From Acutalibacteraceae bacterium (GTDB lineage Bacteria; Bacillota; Clostridia; Oscillospirales; Acutalibacteraceae): DNA of 64,000 nucleotides. The stretch spans positions 9,824 to 73,823 of the forward strand of contig JAZRJR010000073.1 of NCBI GenBank assembly GCA_045645885.1. The letters run 5' to 3'. The notes beneath the pieces are model-generated. The model saw only the letters and a program-made list of their open reading frames with translations, was not told the origin of the DNA and searched no databases. The translations under genes and the position numbers were made by a program. Below, in pieces: positions 56,814 to 64,000 of the stretch (position 1 is its first letter; each line of letters begins with the position of its first letter).

Positions 56814-56933
56814 AAAATTTTCCTCCTTATATGAAAGAATTTTATATAACATTAATAGATTTCCCCATGATAAACACCCTTACACCCTGAAAAAGGGTGC
56901 AAAATGCCCATAGAGACACCTATAACTGTACGT

Positions 56934-56962
56934 AGTATACCATTTTTGGACAAGTATTTCAA
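56934..56962 (-). promoter_or_regulatory. Strong sigma-A-type promoter TTGAAA, 17-nt spacer, (TGg)TATACT, dedicated to the giant gene.
   Basis: The reverse complement reads TTGAAATACTTGTCCAAAAATGGTATACT. It predicts a 5' UTR of about 110 nt containing a CACCCT-TTTTC-AGGGTG hairpin and the AAGGAGG RBS. Confidence 0.55.
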
Positions 56963-57039
56963 TATAAATTTTAATAAATTATGTATTTCTGCGTTTTGCA
57001 CAGTCTGTTTAGTGGCTTTTTGTGTAGATTAACCATTGT

Positions 57040-57078
57040 CAAAAATAACAAATCAGAGTGCCAAATTAATGCACTCTG
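57040..57078 (-). terminator. Second terminator-like hairpin in the intergenic region between the two giant genes.
   Basis: Minus strand reads CAGAGTGC-ATTAATTTG-GCACTCTG followed by ATTTGTTATTTTTG. Confidence 0.5.
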
Positions 57079-57149
57079 CACAAACAAATGTATCTTGTGG
57101 TATACCTGTTTCCATACCCAACCTGTTGGGGTTTTACAGCTTGTTCACA

Positions 57150-57195
57150 AATTCCCACCAAAGAAAAGCTCCTCTCCAGAAGGAGAAGAGCTTTT
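57150..57195 (-). terminator. Intrinsic terminator of the upstream gene (at least 2,260 aa).
   Basis: Minus strand reads AAAAGCTCTTCTCC-TTCT-GGAGAGGAGCTTTT (one mismatch) followed by CTTTGG, 15 nt after the stop at 57210-57212. Confidence 0.6.
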
Positions 57196-57209
57196 GGGTT
57201 TGATTTGAA

Positions 57210-60200
57210 TTAACCGTAAAGGTGTGAGGGATCGCTACAGCACTTGAATTCACCGGTGAGCATCTTGATGATCTTGTGGAAGAATCTGAAGATTGCACCC
57301 CAGATGTTGTCACGGTGACAAGCACATCCGCAGCCTCTGATTGAAACTGTACCAACGATTTCGCAGTCAGCCTGAACGTCCTTAGTGATTTCAACCTTAT
57401 TGGCATTTGTAACTGTAATAACAATGTTGTATTTGCCCTTAGCTACTTCAAATGTTGTTACGCCCTGAGCGTTTGTATACTTGGTTGTTATGTAGTTACC
57501 GCCTGAGTAGATGTCAACCTTTGCGTTCTGAACAGCATTTCTGCCGTCTGTAACTGATACCTTGATGGTTGCATTCTTGCTCTGTTCGGTATTACCGCTG
57601 TCGTCGTCATCTGAACCTGAATCGCTCCATACAAGTTCACGTTCCTCTTCGTAGTCACAACGTATGCACTCAAAGATTACTGAACCCTTCTGAGTGGGAG
57701 TTGCAGGAACTCTAGTGTTTGCTTTTTCTACAAGCTTATGGCCGAGAGGACCACCCTGTTCATGCTGGAATGTGTAATCACAATACTCACACTTTTCAAG
57801 GATGCTTTCACCCTTTGTACATGTTGCGCCAACTGTAGCAGAGCTGTCAATCTTCATTGAGTGAGCAGTTGCATCGAACTGTGCATAATAGATATATGCA
57901 TTGTTGTTAGCGTCTTTCTTTTCAAGCTTCCATCCACTGAAGGTGTAATGATTGTTGTTATCATACTTCTTAGTGGGTGTTGTGCCTTCATAAAGATCTG
58001 CACTGATTTCAGCAAATGTCTTATCAAAATAGTAAGCAATTGTGTTATTTGCATCATAGCCGAAGATTACAGTATACTTACGGGCTGTTGATGTGTAGAT
58101 AGCAACAAGTTCAATGTTTGCTTCAACAACTGCATCAGCAGCAATCTTTTCTTCTGTGCCCTTGTATGCCCAGTGGCTGAATGCGTAGGTGTATTCATCA
58201 TCCTTATCCTTTGAAGGAGTGATTACTGAAATTTCTGCAATCTTTGTGCCTGCCTTAACAGTCTTTGTTGAGATTGCTGTTGTTGCTGTCTCATTAGCAT
58301 AATACTTAACAGTGTATTCAACTACGCCGCCAACTTCTTCTGTTTCACCGCAGAGTGTACAAGTCTTAACGCCGTTTACAGGTTCGCCCCATGTGTGATC
58401 GCCAAACTTGCCTTCAACTGTGTAGCTGTAATCACAGCCGCTACATGTGTAAGTCTTGATTTCCTTCTCCTTACAGGTTCCTGCAGTTGCTACTTTTTCT
58501 GAAATTGTGTGTTCAACAGCTGTAAAGTCTGCTGATGTTACAACATCGCTGTAAACTGCATTGAGTTCAACCTGCTTGCTCCAACCCTTGAAGGTGTAAT
58601 GGAAAGTGCCATCAGGAGCCTTTGTGGGAAGCTTATTAGCAGGACAAACTGCTGCTTCACCTGCTTCAACAGTTGTTTCGTAAACAACATCGCCTGTTGC
58701 ATTGAGGAACATAACTGTGTAGGTTCTTACTTTTTCTGCATATACGGGAACAAGTTCAAGATCTGAATTTACAAATACAGGAACTATTGATTCATTACTC
58801 TTTAATGCCCAACCGATAAATTCGTATGTCTTTTCCTTATCAGCTGCCTTTGCAGGACCGTTTACAGGAAGTATATCACCAAGAAGTGTGCCTGCAACAA
58901 TGTTGTATGCACGGGTGTAAACATTACCCTTTGCGTTGTAGTAAACGATTGAGTATGTTACGCCTTCAGATGTAGTAGCATCACAGCCTTCTCTCTGACA
59001 ATGTCTTACACCGTTTTCATCGGGATCGCCATAACTATGTGCAATCTTTGTGCCGGGAACAACTCTGTCATAGGTGTAACCACAATCACAAGTATATGTA
59101 TCAACTCTGTCTGCTTTACAAGTTGCTGCTTCCTTTACTGTTACTTTAAAAGTATGTGCTGTGTGAGTGAAGTTGGGAGTTGTATAAATATCACTGTAAA
59201 CAGCCCTGAGCTCTTCAGCCTTGTTCCATTCCTTGAAGGTGTAGTGATACTTTGTATCAGCTTCCTTGGTAATATTCTTAAACTCCTTATTGGCAGGCTG
59301 ACCTGCAGTTACTTCTTCTTCACCGATATATGCGCCTGCATTGTAAGCATATACAACTGTATACTTTCTTAATGAGCCTTCATAAAGAGGATAAAGCTTA
59401 AGGTCTGATTTTACAGCTGTGTTTTCAGCATCAAGCGCTGTTCTTGTATCTTCGCCTTCTGTGGGAGGTGCTACTGTTGACCAGCCGATGAAGGTGTATG
59501 TATACATCTTATCAGCAGCCTTTTCGGGAGCAGCAGGAAGAACTGTGCTGAGAACGGTATCTTTATAAACCTTGTAGCTATGTGTATAAACCTTGCCAAT
59601 TGCATTGAAATATGTGATTGTGTAGCTTACTAAGCCTATGTCTGCTACAGCTTCATCACAGTTTGCATTCTGACATTCAAAGAGTCCTGTTGTTTCGTTG
59701 AGAAGCCAATTATGTCCGTTTGCTGTGTTTTCGACTTCAGCTGTGTAGCCATAACCACATTCATCTTTACAACCATAATATACTACCTTGTTTTCAGTAC
59801 AGGTTGCTTCTGTTACAACACGTTCACTTCTGTTGTGCTCAACAGCGTCGAATACAGGTGTTGTGTAGATGTTGCTTTCCACAGCTCTGAGCTGTTCTGC
59901 CTTATCCCAGCCCTTGAATGTGTAATGATATACATTATCATAAGCCTTTGTGGGAGTTTCGAAACAAGGACGAGCAAGAGAACCTGCCTTCACAAGGAAG
60001 GTTTCGAGGATATTCTCAGTATCATAAGCATATGTTACTGCATAATATCTGTCTGCCTTTGTGTATTTTGCTTTAAGTTTAATATCTGAACCGTTAATTG
60101 TATATGTGTTGAATGCTTCGGCTTCTTCAGCGTCATTAGTGAAAATCCAACCTACGAATTCATAAGAATAATGAGTTGAAGCTGCCTTTGCAGGCCCCTT

Positions 60201-63200
60201 AGCAAGATCATAAGTCTCGCCGTTCTTGAGATAACCTGTCTTGCCGATTTCAGTTATGCCGTCTTCTGCATAATAAGTGATTGTATAATTGATCTGCTTT
60301 TCAGCATAAACAGCGTAGTAAATTGCATCACCCTTAACTTCGATGGGGAACTTAACTTCGTTGCCGTCTTTATCTGCCCAATGTGAGAAGGTGTAAGTGT
60401 AGGTTGCATCTGCTTCCTTTGCGGGAACAGTTACTGCATCAGCAGCGATTGATTCGCCAACAAATTTAGTAATTACCTTAGTATTAAGCTCAGTAGCCTC
60501 TTCACCGTTAACGAACGAAACTTTTGCTTCAACAGGAGGTACATAACCGTCTAACTTTTTATTTTCGATGTCACCGCATCTTGAACACTTGTAGTCCTGA
60601 TAGTATACGGTGATTGTTTCGCCTGTTTCTTCATCGGTTTCTTCTTTTGAATAAACTTCACCATCGATCTCATAAGCGTGGCCGAGTGCAGGAATTTCCT
60701 TAGCAACGGGAGCTTTCATTGGATCATATTCACCTTCACCGATCCAGCTTTCACAAACTGCACAAGTGAGCATTTCTGAACCCTTGTCTACACAAGTCGG
60801 CTCAACTATTGTCACATATTTACCTGCAACGTGACCGAGCGCAGGAATATATTCTGTTGTTTCCACATAACCGCAATAACGACAAGTCTTGCCCTTCTTA
60901 CCAATTTCCTGACAAAGAGGTTCAGAAATTATCTTTACGCGATAGAAATTATGGCCGTTTTCTGTGTCAACAGAAATCTCTTCAGTTACCCTTGCTGTTT
61001 CAAGACCGCAGACTGTACAGTCTCTGTGCTTTGAACCAACAGTCTTACAAGTGGCCTGCTGATCAATTACCCATTCATATTCATCTGTGTCTTTGCCGTC
61101 TTCACCTTTAACCATCGCATAAGTGTGTTTACCTGTTGCTTTAAGGTGTCCGAGATCATCAGCAGTGAGAGCTTCCCATGTGCCTTCTTCTTCATCTTCA
61201 GCAGGTTCAACAAACTTCTTAGCCTGAGCAAGGTCATCTGCAGAGCTTGTGGGATAAAGAACAAGTGTTAAGCCGCAGTTGTTGTCGCAGACATATGTTC
61301 TGTAACCGTCATTTACACAGTCAGGTGCTGTGTCAACATAGTTTACTGTAAAGCTGTGACCCTTGGCAGCAATAGTTGTTACAGCTTTTCTGTCACCGCA
61401 GAGTGTACAGATGTCATATTTTGAACCGTCGGCCTCACAAGTTGCAGCAATAGTATATTGTCTATAGCTATGCTTACCCTTGATTTCGAATACCTTTGAT
61501 GTCTTGTTGCCGTGCACATCAATAGCTGTTACTGTGTGAGTACCTTCTGCTTTACATACATACTCGCCGTTAACAAGAGTAACCTCTTCACCGTCGATGT
61601 AGGCCTTTGTGCCTTCAATATCATCAGTTATATTTATAGTAGCTGTACTACAGAACTCACTGCCGTAACCATCACCTGTAACTGTAATTGAAGGAGCCTT
61701 TGTACCATAGCTGATTGTACCTGAGCTGAGGTAACTTACGTTTACTTCACCAAAGCCTTCACGGTCTGAAAGTCTGATGTAAATGATATACTCCTTGCCA
61801 TCTTCAAGATTAAGATTTGACACAATACCTGTTGCATTCGCATTGTAGTGTGCAAGTATTTCATCAACAGCTCTGTCGATTTCAGCCTTGAGAACCCTAT
61901 CGTTACGCATAAGAGCGCTGTATTCAACAAAATCAAGGTCATATTCATCAAGCACTGCCGCAAAAACATCATTCTTTGCTGCTTCGTAGTTGTAAATTTC
62001 TGTCCAACCTGAAATTACTGTAGTAAGATCTTTGATTTCTTCAGTTGAAATGAAATATTCCATTTTGCCAACGCCACGACTGAGCTTAGCTAAGGGGTTA
62101 GGCATTGTGCGTGTACCGACATCGTTTGCATTTGCAATGAGGAAAGTATTTGCAGAAACATAAGTAATCTCGTTGTAATCGATCTTACCGAAATCGCTGC
62201 TGTCCCATAACTTGTTACCAACATAGAGCTTACCTATAGGAGCGTCATTATCTTCAACGATGGGAATCTCTACATTGTAATCAATCTTGTTACACTCATC
62301 ATCCATACACTTATAGTTAGCGAAACCGGGAACGGTGCATGTAGGTTCTGCAACAATTTCATAAACTACTTTTTGATGCTCTTCTTCTGTATATGTAGGC
62401 TTAAGAGAAATCACACCATTAACAAGAAGAGTTTCATTGATTATATCAACTTCTGCACCAGTAGCGATATGAGTCCATTTCTCGTTGAGCTTATAGTGAT
62501 GCTCATCTGTTGCGGGTTTATATGCTTTAGATATAAATGAACCATTGTAATCTGCAATATTTCCACCGAAGGGAATCTTAACTGTTTTTATTATGTCTGT
62601 GCAGTCTTCATTATAGAAGTTTACTGTAAACTCCTGAGCCTTTCCTTCAAAAACAGGATAGAAGTAAAGGTTTTTGCCCGGCATTCTGTCGCCACGAACA
62701 AAAATCACTTCATTTTTTGCAATGTATTCTGCCGGCGCAGAAAGTTCAATCTGAGCAATAGCTGCCTGTTTTTCAGGCTCTGTTAATTCACTGTTACTGT
62801 TTATTTCTTCTATTTTTGTTACATAACCATATTCAGGATTACTTAAAAGATCCGCCGGTACTATAATAATATTACCATCAGCGTTAAGTTGACGACCGAA
62901 TTCGTCACACAGCACCCAATGCTTAAACACCCACTGATATCCTATTTCAGGAACTTCATAGCTAACAGGTTCAGTGAATACAGGTTGCTGAATCTTTGCA
63001 TTGTATCTGTATACAGCTGTTGAATGAACATCTTTGTTGTCTTTTAACCATGTAACTGTATATGTCTGATAAGATCTTATGTAGGTTGCTGTGTAGGTTG
63101 CATCACCATGACAAAACTCTGAAACATCAGGTGACCATGATCTGAAACTATAACTAAACTCTACATCATCATCTTTAACAGGATTTTCAGGAATAACTAT

Positions 63201-64000
63201 TTTATCACCATAATGATATGTATTTTTTGAAATTATTTCCTGTTCACCGTCTTCATTTTTTATGTCGTTAAGGAATGTAATTGTGTAATCCTTATAAACA
63301 GTTTCGAACTGTGCTGTAAGATAGGTATCACCGCTGAACACATCTTCACCCGGAACAACGATATTACCGTTGCTGTCTTGCCAGCCCTTGAAGTTATATG
63401 TACCAACCTCATCTTCAGCTCTTTCAGGAAGAGCATTTGTGGTTGCGCCGTCCTCATTTTGCACAAGGTTTTCATAAGCAGGGATTTTTTCATCTACAAA
63501 CAGACCGTTTTCTTTACCGTCAAGCTTATAGATGAGTGTTCCGTCATAGTTATAGTAATAAATATCGGCATAATCTTTCTTTTCATAGATTGCCTTATAT
63601 TTTGCGTCACCGACAGCAATACCGATAACTGCAGGAGACCATTCCTTGAAGGTATAAAGTGAATCATCCGTAACAATTGTCTTGGGAATATCATATACCG
63701 TGCTATCACCTTCAACCGTATCACCAACTGTGGGAGCAGTAACCGATGCACCGTGACTGTAAAGAGTTGAATCAGCTTTGATGACTTTTCCGTCTATATC
63801 GAGGAACTCGATAGTGTATTCAGCGAGTATGGGGTTACCGTAAACTGCATAGAGCTGTGTGTCGCCCTCAATCATAATATCTTTAAGCTGATAAACGTTA
63901 CCCTTCTGAGGATCACCGATTCTCCAACCCTGAAGGAAGTATCTGTAACCACCATAAACATAGTTGTTAAGGATTTCAGGATCCACGGGAGCTTCGCCCC
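57210..64000 (-). CDS. Very large secreted or surface protein, C-terminal 2,260+ aa only. Layout: Listeria-Bacteroides (Flg_new-like) beta repeats interleaved with CxxC-containing motifs, a prealbumin/CarboxypepD_reg-like domain, then a Cys-rich amphipathic tail.
   Basis: The ORF track gives 57210-63986, but the frame stays open to the window edge (GEAPVDPEIL...), so the N-terminus lies outside the window. It has many units of the form Y[TS][IV].[FY]......G......P...P.K....Y.[FY].F.[GEHS]W, and many motifs such as ATCEADGSKYDICTLCGD and ATCKTVGSKHRDCTVCGLE. Near the C-terminus come SDSGSDDDDSG, then ATIKVSVTDGRNAVQNAKVDIYSGG...GKYNIVITV, then GCGCACHRDNIWGAIFRFFHKIIKMLTGEFKCCSDPSHLYG. Confidence 0.88.
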   Translation of the reverse strand, partial: GEAPVDPEILNNYVYGGYRYFLQGWRIGDPQKGNVYQLKDIMIEGDTQLYAVYGNPILAEYTIEFLDIDGKVIKADSTLYSHGASVTAPTVGDTVEGDSTVYDIPKTIVTDDSLYTFKEWSPAVIGIAVGDAKYKAIYEKKDYADIYYYNYDGTLIYKLDGKENGLFVDEKIPAYENLVQNEDGATTNALPERAEDEVGTYNFKGWQDSNGNIVVPGEDVFSGDTYLTAQFETVYKDYTITFLNDIKNEDGEQEIISKNTYHYGDKIVIPENPVKDDDVEFSYSFRSWSPDVSEFCHGDATYTATYIRSYQTYTVTWLKDNKDVHSTAVYRYNAKIQQPVFTEPVSYEVPEIGYQWVFKHWVLCDEFGRQLNADGNIIIVPADLLSNPEYGYVTKIEEINSNSELTEPEKQAAIAQIELSAPAEYIAKNEVIFVRGDRMPGKNLYFYPVFEGKAQEFTVNFYNEDCTDIIKTVKIPFGGNIADYNGSFISKAYKPATDEHHYKLNEKWTHIATGAEVDIINETLLVNGVISLKPTYTEEEHQKVVYEIVAEPTCTVPGFANYKCMDDECNKIDYNVEIPIVEDNDAPIGKLYVGNKLWDSSDFGKIDYNEITYVSANTFLIANANDVGTRTMPNPLAKLSRGVGKMEYFISTEEIKDLTTVISGWTEIYNYEAAKNDVFAAVLDEYDLDFVEYSALMRNDRVLKAEIDRAVDEILAHYNANATGIVSNLNLEDGKEYIIYIRLSDREGFGEVNVSYLSSGTISYGTKAPSITVTGDGYGSEFCSTATINITDDIEGTKAYIDGEEVTLVNGEYVCKAEGTHTVTAIDVHGNKTSKVFEIKGKHSYRQYTIAATCEADGSKYDICTLCGDRKAVTTIAAKGHSFTVNYVDTAPDCVNDGYRTYVCDNNCGLTLVLYPTSSADDLAQAKKFVEPAEDEEEGTWEALTADDLGHLKATGKHTYAMVKGEDGKDTDEYEWVIDQQATCKTVGSKHRDCTVCGLETARVTEEISVDTENGHNFYRVKIISEPLCQEIGKKGKTCRYCGYVETTEYIPALGHVAGKYVTIVEPTCVDKGSEMLTCAVCESWIGEGEYDPMKAPVAKEIPALGHAYEIDGEVYSKEETDEETGETITVYYQDYKCSRCGDIENKKLDGYVPPVEAKVSFVNGEEATELNTKVITKFVGESIAADAVTVPAKEADATYTYTFSHWADKDGNEVKFPIEVKGDAIYYAVYAEKQINYTITYYAEDGITEIGKTGYLKNGETYDLAKGPAKAASTHYSYEFVGWIFTNDAEEAEAFNTYTINGSDIKLKAKYTKADRYYAVTYAYDTENILETFLVKAGSLARPCFETPTKAYDNVYHYTFKGWDKAEQLRAVESNIYTTPVFDAVEHNRSERVVTEATCTENKVVYYGCKDECGYGYTAEVENTANGHNWLLNETTGLFECQNANCDEAVADIGLVSYTITYFNAIGKVYTHSYKVYKDTVLSTVLPAAPEKAADKMYTYTFIGWSTVAPPTEGEDTRTALDAENTAVKSDLKLYPLYEGSLRKYTVVYAYNAGAYIGEEEVTAGQPANKEFKNITKEADTKYHYTFKEWNKAEELRAVYSDIYTTPNFTHTAHTFKVTVKEAATCKADRVDTYTCDCGYTYDRVVPGTKIAHSYGDPDENGVRHCQREGCDATTSEGVTYSIVYYNAKGNVYTRAYNIVAGTLLGDILPVNGPAKAADKEKTYEFIGWALKSNESIVPVFVNSDLELVPVYAEKVRTYTVMFLNATGDVVYETTVEAGEAAVCPANKLPTKAPDGTFHYTFKGWSKQVELNAVYSDVVTSADFTAVEHTISEKVATAGTCKEKEIKTYTCSGCDYSYTVEGKFGDHTWGEPVNGVKTCTLCGETEEVGGVVEYTVKYYANETATTAISTKTVKAGTKIAEISVITPSKDKDDEYTYAFSHWAYKGTEEKIAADAVVEANIELVAIYTSTARKYTVIFGYDANNTIAYYFDKTFAEISADLYEGTTPTKKYDNNNHYTFSGWKLEKKDANNNAYIYYAQFDATAHSMKIDSSATVGATCTKGESILEKCEYCDYTFQHEQGGPLGHKLVEKANTRVPATPTQKGSVIFECIRCDYEEERELVWSDSGSDDDDSGNTEQSKNATIKVSVTDGRNAVQNAKVDIYSGGNYITTKYTNAQGVTTFEVAKGKYNIVITVTNANKVEITKDVQADCEIVGTVSIRGCGCACHRDNIWGAIFRFFHKIIKMLTGEFKCCSDPSHLYG
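57850..60600 (-). repeat. Four tandem coding units of about 650-680 nt each: two Flg_new-like repeats plus one double Cys motif.
   Basis: The block Y[HT]YTF[KS][GE]W.K...L.AV.S..[YV]T...F....H......... [AG]TC......... Y.C..C.Y.Y recurs. Its Y.YTF.GW part is centred near 59920, 59238, 58593 and 57940. Confidence 0.75.

Noticed and set aside
56814-56852. The ATG at 56852 as the start of the giant protein (MLYKILSYKEENF...).
   Set aside because: The only Shine-Dalgarno sequence (AAGGAGG) lies inside these 13 codons, 8 nt before the ATG at 56813. The signal peptide begins at that second Met.
18942-56852. The giant ORF as an NRPS/PKS megasynthase or an Rhs/RTX/polymorphic toxin.
   Set aside because: - I found no adenylation, condensation, thiolation or ketosynthase core motifs.
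- I found no GGxGxD nonapeptides, no YD repeats and no C-terminal toxin-like domain.
- The protein has a Sec signal peptide and a structural-repeat composition.
18936-56913. Dozens of ORFs of 60-230 aa listed in the track inside the giant gene, on the plus strand or in other minus-strand frames (for example 29505-30200, 40212-40883, 49221-49853 and 21399-21878).
   Set aside because: All lie wholly inside the 37.9-kb frame. Their translations are low-complexity (Ser/Leu/Arg/Cys/Phe-rich), with no RBS or recognisable motif. Their recurrence simply mirrors the repeat structure of the real gene. They are antisense or off-frame artefacts.
56853-57209. A possible invertible (phase-variable) promoter between the two giant genes.
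   Set aside because: The only inverted match flanking the promoter is about 8 bp built on the self-complementary GTATAC (near 56935-56943 and 57098-57106). That is too short and trivial, and no recombinase gene is nearby.

Overview
The window looks like a Gram-positive, Clostridia-like chromosome. The evidence is AGGAGG-type ribosome binding sites, hairpin plus U-tract terminators, moderate GC by eye (not computed) and almost all genes on the minus strand. I saw no rRNA, tRNA, CRISPR array, transposase or integrase.

Positions 1-18.9 kb are ordinary housekeeping and glycan-use genes:
- two co-transcribed secreted proteins
- a PAP2 phosphatase and a YfcE-like phosphoesterase
- three small plus-strand ORFs and a TSCPD protein
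- a DMT transporter, a DUF554 membrane protein and a flavin-reductase-like protein
- an AGE-type N-acylglucosamine 2-epimerase plus N-acetylneuraminate lyase pair
- an AraD-like epimerase, a GH30-like hydrolase and a GH2 beta-galactosidase
- a four-gene, translationally coupled operon: a sulfite/nitrite-reductase-like Fe-S protein plus a FecBCD/BtuFCD-type ABC importer

The rest of the window (18.9-64 kb, about 70%) is two tandem minus-strand genes for enormous secreted proteins.
- The first is one uninterrupted 37.9-kb ORF (18942-56852, probable start 56813, about 12,620 aa). It is built from 19 tandem modules of about 490-810 aa, and I cannot assign these to any known domain family.
- The second is an upstream gene of at least 2,260 aa that is cut by the window edge. 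It is made of Listeria-Bacteroides (Flg_new-like) beta repeats interleaved with CxxC-containing motifs.

Both giants, the 408-aa secreted protein at 726-1937, and in internal form the truncated secreted protein at 1-699, carry a similar amphipathic F/I/K-rich helix. In two of the four it is bracketed by CxCxCH and CxC/CC cysteine clusters. This looks like an undescribed C-terminal surface-anchoring or sorting tag.

The giant modular gene, its partner and the shared tail are the main candidate for a new system. All family names come from motifs read by eye. No database search was run.
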